DNA of 64,000 bases from Lytechinus pictus. Taxonomy: Eukaryota. The notes beneath the pieces are model-generated. The model made no database searches, was not told the DNA's origin, and saw nothing but the letters and a program-made list of their open reading frames with translations. Position 1 is the first letter of the stretch; every line of letters starts with the position of its first letter. The DNA lies in the NCBI RefSeq assembly GCF_037042905.1, contig NC_087250.1, positions 10,914,001 to 10,978,000 of the forward strand, in the 5' to 3' direction. Positions 11,898 to 25,300 of the stretch are shown piece by piece. A program made the translations under genes and the position numbers.

Positions 11898-12270
11898 CAA
11901 TTCAATTCAATTCAATTTTATTCAACCATAAAAATATGTATATACAAATCAAACAGTGTACATAATTAGGTAATAAATGGTACAAAATATGGCTAGGACC
12001 ATAAAAAATCTAACTGCTCGTAGAGAATGGCCCCCAAAACAATAACATTGACAAACATTTACAATTAGAAACAGAAAACTAACAAAACTCAAACTTTATC
12101 AGCAGATATAAATGCAAATATATAAACATACACACACACACACGTACACACACCGTCACAAACCCTAATGATTTTAAAGATTTTCCATTAAGTAGGCCCT
12201 ACACATTTTTTAAAAAAGGATACAGTTGAGCAATCTTTTAGGGAAGTCATTTTAAGTCATCCAAACTATT
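11898..12270 (-). mobile_element. 3' end of a CR1/L2-group LINE
   Basis: Minus strand ends AATAAA+(ATTGA)n (plus strand caattcaattcaattcaattttatt). Weak ORF2 C-terminal remnant (LPKDCSTVSFFKK) near 12200-12270. Confidence 0.55.
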
Positions 12271-13529
12271 TACACGCGATTATCATCTCGCAATCATGTT
12301 CTTGAGACCAGCCAAGGTTTAAATCCCCCCCCCCCAAAAAAAAATCTGAAATGGCTCCTAACCATGGAGTTTAAAATGGCTGCTATTAATTGAAATCCCA
12401 CATGGATTATTAAGTTGTCATCCCGAGGAGTTGTAATTTTGGTGCTTAAACCATGGTTTGAAGGGTCAAGTATTATAAATTGGGCCAAGTTTTCCCATGG
12501 TTAGTCAATCATGTCCAACAATCCAAAATATATTCCTAAATGAGTTTAAAATGACTTCTGATTCTTGAAAATTGACAGAATTCATTCAAAATCCACTTCG
12601 GAGGGCTAATTTGGGATCTACACTCCTGTTCAAGGGTCACATTGTATACTCGGGTCTGGTTCCAATGATATACATGTACAGTTGTTCATTTTGTCTGAAC
12701 ATCCAAGAGGCTTCCAAAATGACGTAAAAACTGTATATAAACACTTATAAATTGACATAGATCATACACATTAGGGATGAGCGCATGATCATGTGCACAT
12801 GCTTTTGCGGCTCTCCAGTTTGGAGCTCTTAATTACTTGAAGTTGCATGGCATCAGCTGGGTAATTTGAAAGTTTATTATTTGATGTTTTCATGTTTATT
12901 TTCAAAAATTTATTTTTTGGTGGTTGTCTATACTTACATAGTATGTAAACATCCATGTTGTATGTATGCACATCTATGTATCACGATACGTTATTACATA
13001 ACTCAAAACGAAGATTCTTGCCATCTGATTGGTTGAAAGGTGTTCAATATTTGGTCCATTCTTTACTGCATGCATTTTTTAATTTTCCATTGCACGGTGA
13101 CCGTGCATATTTTTATATGTCCATTGCACGGTACGCTCCGCTCCCTCAGTATAATCATGTGTATGTCTACTTACACTTTTCATGTAAGGGTGTGTGTGTG
13201 TGAGTGTGTGGGGGTGTGCGTGTGTGTTTGTGCGCATAAAGTTAGCGCAGATCAAATTGACTGTGGTGCGCACTCGACTCAGATCCATGAAGGCAAGGCA
13301 CGTCACAAAAGAATTAAAGCAAAGGGCTGATGAGCTGTCGATACATGGGGGAATCCACCGTAAGCCGACTAGCAATTATTATAGAAAAGGAGTTGCTGGA
13401 AATAGGCCTACCTAATATTTATCTATTTTATTCTTTTTTTTTTTTACTTTTTTAACAACTTTGTAACCTATGTGAGTTATATAAAACATACATATACACA
13501 TTCATTATTTGTATACTGTGTAGCCATGG

Positions 13530-13925
13530 TGTAGCTATTGTCAATAGTTAACTTCAATGAACTTGTATGCTTTGACTGAGAACAACCACAATGCAGGATG
13601 TTCATCGGGGACTATTCATCCTTCTGTGATACTCTGCTAGTGCTCTTGACTTTGTGGACTGCAGTGGACATACCATTGTGTATTTTCAGAGTTACCTTTT
13701 TGGCGATTGTCTATACTTACATAGTATGTAAACATCCATGTTGTATGTATGCACCTCTATGCGTCACTATACCTTGCTATGTAGCTATTGTGTATAATTT
13801 ACTTCAATGAACTTGTATGCTTTGACTGAGATCAACCACAATGCAGGCTGTTCATCTGGGACTATTCATCCTTCTGTGCTACTCTGCAAGTGCTATTGAC
13901 TTTGTGGACTACTGTGGACAATACA
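13530..13925 (+). repeat. 250-bp tandem duplication immediately 5' of the L2-like LINE remnant; further partial copy at ~12920-12980
   Basis: acttcaatgaacttgtatgctttgactgag at 13551 and 13801; gtctatacttacatagtatgtaaacatccatgttgtatgtatgcac at ~12926 and ~13709. Confidence 0.85.
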
Positions 13926-13929
13926 TCTT

Positions 13930-15183
13930 TTGGGTTGTAAACTTTTCACTAGAAAACATTTTCTTAAAAGGAGGATCCCATATAGTGTAATTAGCAATGC
14001 CTCCTTTCAGTTGGAACTGCTTCATGCCGGCGATGTCCAGCCTAATCCCGGCCCTGACAAGCTACGCGATGACACTCTTCATGATACAAAAATTCATTTA
14101 AAGATCTTCCCGAATCACTCTGTTGTACTCAGTTTGTAAACTTTGGTACTCATTCTCAAGGTCACACGCTTGACCTCCTTCTTTGTCGCCAATCTGATGA
14201 TGTAATTGTTGGTCATCCATGGCCTTGTAAATATCTTATTTCAGATTATATTCCAGTCATGTGCCATCTCAACACATGTAAACCATTTTTGACGGACAAG
14301 ATTGTGTCGTATCGTAAATGCTCCCGTATTAACACTGCAGTATTTAACAAAGAGATTGCAGATAGTACGCTATGTAAAAATTGACATGTATCACAAGATA
14401 TTTCTGAATTGGCAAACGTGTATGATATCACACTCAGGAACCTCTTAGATGAGCATGCTCCCTTGGTTTTGAAGCGAGTAGTTGCTCGCCCTCACGTGCA
14501 ATGGTATACAGACGAGGTCCGAGAAGCAAAAAGGCAGAGACGTAAAGCAGAAAAGAAATGGCATAGAACAATAACTGATTAATGTCTGAACAAGTATAAG
14601 AAAGCTCGTAACACGGCATTATTTGTTTTAAATGCTGCTCACAAAACCTATCACAAAGACTTGATATCACTTAAAAAGGATGACGTAAAAGTCTCGTTCA
14701 CCGTTGTTAAATCTCTGCTGAATGTCTCAAACAAACATCCAGTGATGCCATGTAACATTGATAGGATGGCATTTGTGAATGACATAGGAAAACATTTTCA
14801 TGATAAAGTTCTTAGTATTTACAGTGATATTCAATCAAATATAAATTTGATTGATGGTATTGATACTGATTCATTTGGTTTATCTCCAGCACCCGAAGAT
14901 ATTAATTTTATAAATTTAAAATTTTATCAGAACGAGAAGTGCGGTAACTCGTGATGAAGCTCACTAGGAAGTCTTGCTCTGCTGATCCACTTCCAACAAG
15001 TATTATTATGCAACAAATCAATGTTATACTTTCTGTGTTTACGTCTATGATCAATGTCTCCGTGTCTACAGGTCATTTTCCTAATAAATGGAAAAAAACC
15101 TTGTTTCACCTCTGTTGAAAAATCCAGGTCTAGATCCCGAATTCTGTAATCTAAGACATGTAAGCAACTTACAATACATTTCA
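13930..15183 (+). pseudogene. Decayed L2-like LINE ORF2 (2A-like leader, partial APE, linker, start of RT)
   Basis: Frameshifted motifs GDVQPNPGP, THSQGHTLDLLLCR, SDY.PVMCHL, LLDEHAP, KSCSADPLPT, GHFPNKWKK and LLKNPGLD...RHVSNLQYIS; numerous stops. Confidence 0.8.
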
Positions 15184-16244
15184 CTTGCCCATTTCATCCT
15201 ACAGGATGGCCCAAAAACATTAGAACAACTGAGATCTTTAATGTCAGTGATATCATAGCCAAAGGGTCATTGTATTGGATATTTCTTTTCTTTTTTGGTA
15301 GAATGATGTAATTGTCACGTTTTTGTGAACCCTTGTCATTCTGATTTTCTAAATATCATTTACCACCTAGTATTTCCCACTCCTGCATTACCTGTCAAAC
15401 CTGCTCTTAGTATGTAATGTATAATACAGATTATCCAACTAGATGTCTGTGTGATTGGTCTTCTACCCCCTTCGTTTCTTTGTTTTGCACTTTATTTAGG
15501 AAGGAGCATGAAGAAAAAGAAGATGAATTGGCATTGACGATGGCGCGTTCCATACCTGGGAGAGTGATTTCACAGTGGCACCCTTGATGTATTTGATGAC
15601 CTAATTTATGTATGTTTAATTATCAAAGGTCAATTAACTGCCAAATTTTGAAATTTTGTTCTCATGTGCAAGTAGGGGAAATAGGAGTTAGATGGTGCAT
15701 GAAGCTTGTTGCATATAAACGTTTGACCAACATTATATCACTTTTCACGTCTGTTGGAGATGTTTGTAATTGTCCCCATGGAAAGAAATTCAAAAGGAGA
15801 CAATGAAACAGACTCGCCTCTAAGTGTATGTGTGAACCTCCAGTAAAAAAAATATGCCACTTCTCTATTTACCACTAGGTTTTTCCCTTCAGATCGGCCT
15901 TGAGGAGGGGTTCAAAATTTCAATACAGTATTTAGGAAGTCATTAGTTATGCAAATTCTCTCTACTATCCTGGCGGGGACATATATATCTCATTGCATAA
16001 TTTAATCATAATTCACTTGTGATTTGTATGATACTGTATGCTGAATGACAATCAAATCGTTGTGACCATTTGAGGTTTAAAAATCTCTAAAACAATAAAA
16101 GGCAAGAACTAAACAATTTTCCTCAGCAAATTCGACAGGATCCAAAATACCAAGGGCCAAATAACTGCTTGGCCAGGTTAGTTTGTACTTTTGACATGGT
16201 CATGTTTGCAGTAAATTGTTGCAATCTGTAAACGATTGCAAAAA

Positions 16245-16723
16245 AGGCAAGGTTCACCCTGACATCAAGTTGGTTTTAATAAAAAGGAGAACAATGAGAG
16301 AAATTAATTAATGAAAGTTTGGCGAAATCCGCCAAAGAAGAACAAAGTTATGAGGTTTCAAAGTTTTAGATTTGTGACGTGACATGCGAGCAGCTCCCAA
16401 TATGTCATGTAATATAAATTCCATAAATTGCCATTTTTTAATGGTTTATGATAATTAAATAGGTTTTTATCATAGTGTGTGAAATAATGTTTCTGATAAC
16501 ATTGAATGCACAGGTAAAATTATTTTCCAATTTCCCTAGAAATAGCACTTTAATAGAATGTATATCACATGAAATATGGGGAGCTGCTTGCATGTGACGT
16601 CACAAATTAAAAACTTCATAACTCTTTTATTCTTTGGTGGATTTTCACCAAACTTTCATTATATGTTTCTGTCACTGTTCTGATTTTATTAAAACCAACT
16701 TAATGTCAGGATGAACCTTGCCT
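16245..16723. mobile_element. Palindromic MITE with ~170-bp TIRs, AGG...CCT termini (Kolobok-like)
   Basis: aggcaaggttcaccctgacatcaagttggttttaataaaa (16245) pairs with ttttattaaaaccaacttaatgtcaggatgaaccttgcct (ends 16723); inner arms gtgacgtgacatgcgagcagctccc / gggagctgcttgcatgtgacgtcac. TTAA on the right, degenerate on the left. Confidence 0.85.
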
Positions 16724-17960
16724 TTAAACCTTATGTTGGCAGCCTTACATTGACACTGGTATATCACTCACAGTATAGATATTTTAGGTTTCATGAGCAA
16801 GTATATGTAAAAGGTGCTAATTAACGCCTACTTCCCCCTTCTTAAGAGGAGTACTCGTTTGTTACTCTATTGATTACATCTAAATATTTTTAGGTTAACC
16901 GTCAAATTTTTTTTTTTTTAATGACAGTTGGCTAATTTGAAGAGTTGTTTAAATAATTTCACATTTTGGTGGAGAACAGTTCTCCTTGTTAGTAACTTTG
17001 TTGTAAGAACTATAAGTCCAGTACACAGTATCTTTCCAGATTTCATGCAAATACAAGAAAGAATCTTCTAAGGCCTGTCTAAAACAGTTGGATGACAATC
17101 TTTATTGCAATAGGAGATCGTGTGATTGAAGCCAAATATCTCTGCCAAGGCTTTTATTCCAATTTGTTGTGCCAGGATTTCTGTACAAATTTGACTCATT
17201 TCGATACTTGATCAATGCTAATTATGAATGTTCCATCGTTGATTTTATTGAAATATTCAGCAACTGAACATTTGCTCAATGCATTAAAAAGCAAATGATC
17301 TTTTGTACCATATCTGGATACCACCCTCTTATTTTTCATCCATTGCACACTATTTCACTTTGGCCCGCAGTGATGCTGACCTTGGGTCTGTAATAGAACA
17401 TATACTTCATATGTGCTTTGCTCATATAGTATTCAGTGGCTTAAAATAGATTTAATGTTTATGAGTCTTGTTATTTGCAATGTTTCATGAAAATGTTTTT
17501 AAGGCAACATTTTTGTGTAAATAAGTTATCAAGCCAATATTCAATGCAATTTTCATTTATTTATGTATCAAATAGCTAATTGAAATAAGAAAAAAAATGA
17601 ATTCTATACTGTTGCAATTTATTTATCAGAGTACTTCTGAAATATAATGCCTGAATTGAGATTTTCTGCATATTTAAGATCACTGCAAGGATCCCCATCT
17701 TTTTAGGATAACGTTAATCTTCTGCATTTGTGAAAGCACATAGACGTCTCATTTTCTTGTAAAAAAGGGAAAAATTAGATTTAATTACTGTTTCTGAAAC
17801 AAGGGATAGGAAAATTACTGCTTTAAAAATATATATTGATAACAAGAGGGCAGCAAATACATCAATGATAAGTTTTGGACATTTCTTTATATTTTGTACA
17901 CATTTCAAAATGTTGTACTTTTCCCCGTGCATGATTGAATCTACTCCGTGTTACGGTATA

Positions 17961-19093
17961 CAGTGCGTATCAAAAAACGGGGCAGATTTGAAAAGTCTAT
18001 GACATTTTTGTTTCAAATTATGATCTCTATATTTTGGTGTCAATATGTGCTCTGAGGTCTTATCCTTCAAATGCCATAAAAATAATTTAGTTTCGTTCAT
18101 GCTTGAGCGAACAATGGAATGTTTTTGTCTGGGGTTAAAAAGGAGGCTTGCGCAAAAATGGCATAAAATAATAAATATGATGGTCGGAGTTCTTGCTAAT
18201 CAGCAGACTTCCTCTAAACCTTTTCAATATCTTTGCCATAATTTTCGAATTATGCGGTCAAAATTCGTTTCCAAATCGACTTATTTGCTTGAATAGTTCT
18301 GTTGTTGTTCGTTTTTAATATGTTCTCTTTCAGCTTTGAATATTCCTTCCCTAAACAAAAAAATTTTTTTTTTACCAAAGTATGGGAGAGCGTCAATTTT
18401 TTTTTTCAAATCCTTTCATTGTGTGCTACAAAGGTTATGGTGCCTTTGAACAGTGGCATACTGATGGGTGGGGGATCGGGGTGTCCACCCCCCCAAAAAA
18501 AAAATATGATGATATATAAAAAAAATCATGACTAAGAAACAAAGTGAAAAGGAAATCATAAAAAAATAGAAAGTGAAATGTGATATCATTTTCTGAATAT
18601 TGTCTCAAAATCACAAAATTTGATATTTTAATAAACAAAGTGGAAATGGTTTGCTTGCTCGCTTCACAACTTTTTAACACATTTTACCCGATCTGCCTTA
18701 TCTTGCTTTTTCAAAATCGACTCAATAGGCTACACCATTGCCATTGAAAGACATGAATCCTTTCCTGTTTGTCCTACCAAGCACATTATTAAACTTGAAG
18801 GATTCAATAACCCCTTGAAAGTAGGATTCATGTCTTTTATAGGTACCATAACATAATTAGTTTCACATATTTAAGGATTTGAATGACAAATTCTCCAAAT
18901 TAATAAAGCAAATCTTCTTACTTGGGTTGACAAAAAGTCTTCTTTTCTTACTTATGAAGGAAAATTCAAAGGTAAAATAAGTTTAAATGAAAAACAAAAT
19001 AATTAAGGTAAACAAATAAATTTGTAAATGAAATTTGACAGCATTATTTGAAAATTATGGCAAAGATAATGAAAAGATTAAGAGGAAGTCTTT
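17961..19093. mobile_element. Tc1/mariner-like foldback MITE with truncated right arm
   Basis: Starts TA|CAGTGCGTATCAAAAAA. gacttcctctaaaccttttcaatatctttgccataatt (~18206-18243) is inverted at ~19053-19090. Centre ttatggtgcctttgaa[insert]agacatgaatcct pairs with aggattcatgtcttttataggtaccataa. Confidence 0.6.
18451..18740. mobile_element. 290-bp hAT-like MITE nested in the foldback element
   Basis: Ends CAGTGGCATACT / GGCTACACCATTG; flanks CCTTTGAA (18443-18450) and CCATTGAA (18741-18748), a 7/8 match TSD. Confidence 0.7.
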
Positions 19094-19371
19094 GCCTCCT
19101 CCTTCTTCTTTTATACAACCATAATTTATACAGTTGCACAAAATTTAATCGGAATTGCATACACAAAAATTACAACCCGCTGTACGAAACCAAGTTCTAA
19201 ACATAAATTGTATAAAAAAATTATACAACCTTTTGGTTTAAACTTTAAACAACCGAGTGTTGTAAAATTTTCAAACAACAGTTGTAAGGTTCATATAGTA
19301 AACACCGGTTGTATAAACTTTTATACAGGTTGTATAATTTTGATTTTACTGTGTACACTGGATAACGTTGC

Positions 19372-22300
19372 TTTTTGTTTGTACTTATACTGTGGATTAA
19401 TCAAGGTGACCGTTCGTTGTAGTGAACATATCTGATTTCATGAAGAAATCTTTTCCACTGATATATTGAATAGACGAGAATAGATTTTGACATTTCTCTT
19501 AAGAATAGTGAACAAAAAACATTAAATTTTAAATTCATGAAGGTGTATACTTACCGACTTTCAGATAATGTAAGGATAAAGATAGAGAATAAAAAAATAT
19601 AAAAGCGTTAAGGAATATTTTCGAAAACGCTCTTCGAAAAGAACTATTTGTATTGTTTTAGAGGTTGGCCTGATTTCAAAAAATATATCTTAGAGGATTG
19701 AAAATGGAATTATTTCATTGCCATTACCCTAAATATCAATTGATTTTTTTCTCATACTGTGGGTTAATCAAGGTGACCATATGTTGTATTGAAAATATCT
19801 GATTTTATGAAAGAAACTTTTTCAATTGATATATTGGATAGACAAAAATCAAGCCTATAGACATTCATCTAAATGATAGTCAAAAATACTTTAAAATAAA
19901 AACGTATATGATGTATACCTAAGTTCTGCCAAATAAGATAAGGAAAAAGAAAAAGAATAACAAAAGATAAAAGCATTAAGGAATATTTTCGAAAACGCTC
20001 TTCGAAACGTACTTGGAACTATTCGTTTGGTTTTAGAGGTTGGTCTGATTTGAAATAAGTAGTTTTAGAGGATCGAAAAATAGAATTATTTTATATTCAT
20101 TACTCTAAAATTCAATGGATTTTTTTTTCGAACTTATACTGTGGGTAAATCAAGGTGACCATACGTTGTATTGATCGTATCTAACTTCATGAGGAAACCT
20201 TTTCCACTGATATATTGGATAGACAAAAATCAAGGTTATAGACATTCATCTAAATGATAGTTAAAAATACTTTGAAATATAAATGTATAAGGTGTATACT
20301 TACGTTCTGCCAAATAAGATAAGGAAAAGAGAAAGAATAACAAAATATAAAAAATAAGGAATATTTTCGAAAACGCTCTTCGAAACGTACTAGGAACTAA
20401 TTATATTGTTTTAGAGGTTGGCCTGATTTCAAAAAAATAATTTTAGAGGATTGAAAAATGGAATCATTTAATTGTCATTATTCTAAATATCAATGGATTT
20501 TTTTCTCATACTGTGTGTTAATCAAGGTGACCATACGTTGTATTGAAAATAACTGATTTTATGAAAAAAACTTTTTCTATTGATATATTGGATAGACATA
20601 AATCAAGCTCATAAACATTCATCTAAATGATAGTATTAAAAAATTGAAATATAAGCGTATGTGGTGTATACTTACCGACTATCAGATAACGTAAGGATAA
20701 AGAGAAAGATTAAGAAAATGTAGAAGCATTAAGGAATATTTTAGAAAACGCTCTTCGAAACGTACTTTGACCTATTTGTATTGTTTAAGAGGTTGGCCTG
20801 ATTTCAAAAAAATAATTTTAGAGGATTGAAAAATGGAATTATTTCATTGCCATTACCGTAAATATCAGTGGATTTTTTTTGTACTTATACTGTGGGTTAA
20901 TCAACGGGACCCTACGTTGTATTGAAAATATCGGATTTTTTGAAAAAAACTTTTTCTATTGATAAATTGGGTGGACAAAAATCAATCTTATAGACATTCA
21001 TCTAAATGATAGCCAAAAATACTTTGAAATATAAATATATGTGGTGTATACTTACATTCTGCCAAATAAGATAAGGAAAAAAGAGAAAGAATAACAAAAA
21101 AAAAGAAGCATTAAGAAAAATTTTCGAAAACGCTCTTCGAAACGTACTTTGAACTATTTGTATTGTTTAAGAGGTTGGCCTGATTTCAAAAAAATAATTT
21201 TAGAGGATTGAAAAATCGAATGATTTCATTGTCATTACCCTAAATATCAATGGATTTGTTTCGTACTTATACTGTGGATTAATCAAGGTGACCATACGTT
21301 GTATTGAAAATATCTGTTTTCATGAAAATATCTTTTCCATTGATATATTGGATAGACAAAAATCAAGCTTATAGACATTCATCTAAATGATTGTCAAAAA
21401 TACTTTGAAATATGAATGTTTGTGGTGTATATTTACCGACTTTCAAATAACATAAGGAAAAAGAGAAAGGATAACAAAATATAGAAAAATAAGGAATATA
21501 AAAAAAAAACGCTCTTCAAAACATACTTGGAACTATTTGTATTGTTTAAGAGGTTGGCCTGATTTCAAAAAAGTAATTTTAGATGATTGAAAAATGGAAT
21601 TATTCATTGTCATTACCCTAAATATCAGTGGATTTTTTTCGTACTTATACTGTGGGTTAATCAACGGGACCCTACGTTGTATTGAAAATATCTGATTTCA
21701 TGAAAATATCTTTTCAATTGATATATTGGATAGACAAAAATCAAGCTTATAGACATTCATCTAAATGATTGTCAAAAATACTTTGAAATATAAATGTTTG
21801 TGGTGTATACTTACCGACTGTCAAATAACGTAAGGAAAAAGAGAAAGAATAACAAAAGATAAAAACATTAAGGAATATTTTCGAAAACGCTCTTTGAAAC
21901 GTACTTTGAACTATTCGTTTGGTTTTACAGGTTAGTCTGATTTTGACATAAGTAGTTTTAGAGGATCGAAAAATACAATTATTTTATATTCATTACTCTA
22001 ATATTTAATGGATTTTTTTTCGAACTTATACTGCGGGTAAATCAAGGTGAACATACGTTGTATTGAACATATCTAACTTCATGAGGAAACCTTTTCCACT
22101 GATATATTGAATAGACAAAAATATATTTTGACATTTATCTAAGGACTAGTGAACAAAGACCATTAAAATATAAATACATGAAGGTGTATACTTACGGCCT
22201 GTTAAATAAGGAAAAAGAGAAAGGATAACAAAAATATAAAAATATTAAGGAATATTTTAGAAAACGCTCTTCGAAACGTACTTGGAACTATTTGTATTGT

Positions 22301-25300
22301 TTAAAGAGGTCGGTGTGATTTGAAAAAAATAATTTCAGAGGATTGAAAAATTGAATTATTTTATTGTCATTACCCTAAATATCAAAGGATTTTTTCTCGT
22401 ACTGTGGGTTAATCAAGATGACCATGCGTTGTATTAAAAATATCTGAAGGTGTATACTTACGACCTGTTAAATAAGGAAAAAGAGAAAGGATAACAAAAA
22501 TATAAAAATATTTTAGAAAACGCTCTTCGAAACGTACTTTGAACTATTTTTGTATTGTTTAAGAGGTTGGCCTGATTTAAAAAAAAATAATTTTAGAGGA
22601 TTGAAAAATGGAACTATTCATTATCATTACCCTCAACATCAGTGGATTTTTTTTTCGTACTTATACTGTGGGTTAATCAAGGTGACCCTACGTTGTATTG
22701 AAAATATCTGATTTTTTTAAATAACTTTTCCATTGATATATTGAATAGACAAAAATATATTTTTACATTTCTCTAAGGAATAGTGAACAAAGACCATTAA
22801 AATATAAATACATGAAGGTGTATACTTACCGTCTGTCAAATAACGTAAGGAAAAAGAGATAGAATAACAAAAGATAAAAGCATTAAGGAATATTTTCGAA
22901 TACACTCTTCGAAACGTACTTGGAACTATTTGTATTGTTTAAGAGGTTGGCCTGATTTAAAAAAAATATATTTTAGAGGATTGAAAAATGGAAAAATTTC
23001 ATTGTCATTACCCTAAATATCAATGGATTTATTTCGTACTTATACTGTGGGTAAATCAAGGTGACCATACGTTGTATTGAAAATATCTGATTTCATGAAA
23101 TAACTTTTCCACTGATATATTGAATAGACAAAAATATATTTTGACATTTCTCTAAGGAATATTGAACAAAGACCATTAAAATATAAATACATGAAGGTGT
23201 ATACTTACGGGCTGTTAAATAAGGAAAAAGAGAAAGGATAACAAAAATATAAAAATATTAAGTAATATTTTAGAAAACGCTCTTCGAAACGTACTTTGAA
23301 CTATTTTTGTATTGTTTTAGATATCGGCCTGATTTCAGAAAAGTAATTTTAGAGGATTGAAAAATGGAATTATTCTTTATCATTACCCTAAACATCAGTG
23401 GATTTTTTTTTCGTACTTATACTGTGGGTTAATCAAGGTGACCCTGCGTTGTATTGAAAATATCTGATTTTTTGAAGGAAAAAAAATTTCTATTGATATA
23501 TTGGATGGACAAGAATCAATCTTATAGACATTCATCTAAATGATAGTCAAAAATGCTTTGAAATATAAATGTATGTGGTGTATACTTACTTTCTGCCAAA
23601 TAAGATAAGGAAAAAAGAGGAAGAATAACAAAATATAGAAGCATTAAGAAAACTTTTCGAAAACGCTCTTCGAAACGGACTTGGAAATATTTGAATTGTT
23701 TAAGAGGTTGGCCTGATTTAAAAAAAAATAATTTTAAAGGATTGAAAAATGGAATAATTTCATTGTCATTACCCTAAATATCAATGGATTTATTTCGTAC
23801 TTATCCTGTGGGTAAATCAAGGTGACCATACGTTGTATTGAAAATATCTGATTTCATGAAATAACTTTTCGATTGATATATTGAATAGACACAAATATAT
23901 TTTTACATTTCTCTAAGGAATAGTGAACAAAGACCATTAAAATATAAATACATGAAGGTGTATACTTACCGTCTGTCAAATAACGTAAGGAAAAAGAGAT
24001 AAAATAACAAAAGATAAAAGCATTAAGGAATATTTTCGAATACACTCTTCGAAACGTACTTGGAACTATTTGTATTGTTTAAGAGGTTGGCCTGATTTCA
24101 AAAAAGTAATTTTAGAGGATTGAAAAATGGAATTATTCATTATCATTGCCCTAAACATCAGTGGATTTTTTTTCGTACTTATACTGTGGGTTAATCAAGG
24201 TAATCCTACGTTGTATTATTTTTTTTAAGAAAAAAAAAATTTATATTGATATATTGGATGGACAAGAATCAATCTTATAGACATTCATCTAAATGATAGT
24301 CAAAAATGCTTTGAAATATAAATACATGAAGGTGTATACTTACGGCCTGTTAAATAAGGAAAAAGAGAAAGGATAACAAAAATATAAAAATATTAAGGTA
24401 TATTTTAGGAAACGCTCTTCGAAACGTACTTATAACTATTTATATTGTTTTAGAGGTTGGTGTGATTTGAAAAAAATAATTTCAGAGGATTGAAAAATTG
24501 AATTATTTTATTGTCATTACCCTAAATATCAAAGGATTTTTTCTCGTACTGTGGGTTAATCAAGATGACCATGCGTTGTATTAAAAATATCTGAAGGTGT
24601 ATACTTAAGACCTGTTAAATAAGGAAAAAGAGAAAGGATAACAAAAATATAAAAATATTTTAGAAAACGCTCTCCGAAACGTACTTTGAACTATTTTTGT
24701 ATTGTTTAAGAGGTTGGCCTGATTTAAAAAAAAATAATTTTAGAGGATTGAAAAATGGAATTATTCATTATCATTACCCTAAACATCAGTGGATTTTTTT
24801 TCGTACTTATACTGTGGGTTAATCAAGGTGACCCTACGTTGTATTGAAAATATCTGATTTTTTTAAATAACTTTTCCATTGATATATTGAATAGACAAAA
24901 ATATATTTTTACATTTCTTTAAGGAATAGTGAACAAAGACCATTAAAATATAAATACATGAAGGTGTATACTTACCGTCTGTCAAATAACGTAAGGAAAA
25001 AGAGATAGAATAACAAAAGATAAAAGCATTAAGGAATATTTTCGAATACACTCTTCGAAACGTACTTGGAACTATTTGTATTGTTTAAGAGGTTGGCCTG
25101 ATTTAAAAAAAAAATAATTTTAGAGGATTGAAAAATGGAAAAATGTCATTGTCATTACCCTAAATATCAATGGATTTATTTCGTACTTATACTGTGGGTA
25201 AATCAAGGTGACCATACGTTGTATTGAAAATATCTGATTTCATGAAATAACTTTTCCACTGATATATTGAATAGACAAAAATATATTTTGACATTTCTCT

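Noticed and set aside
12802..12857. Candidate upstream exon (ADAMQLQVIKSSKLESRK) for the Roc-like gene
   Set aside because: The acceptor is poor, and in-phase joining would need a weak non-canonical GC donor; it cannot be supported from sequence alone.
19618..19645. CENP-B-box-like appearance of ttttcgaaaacgctcttcgaaa
   Set aside because: It has TTCG but lacks the correctly spaced A..CGGG of the TTCG....A..CGGG core.
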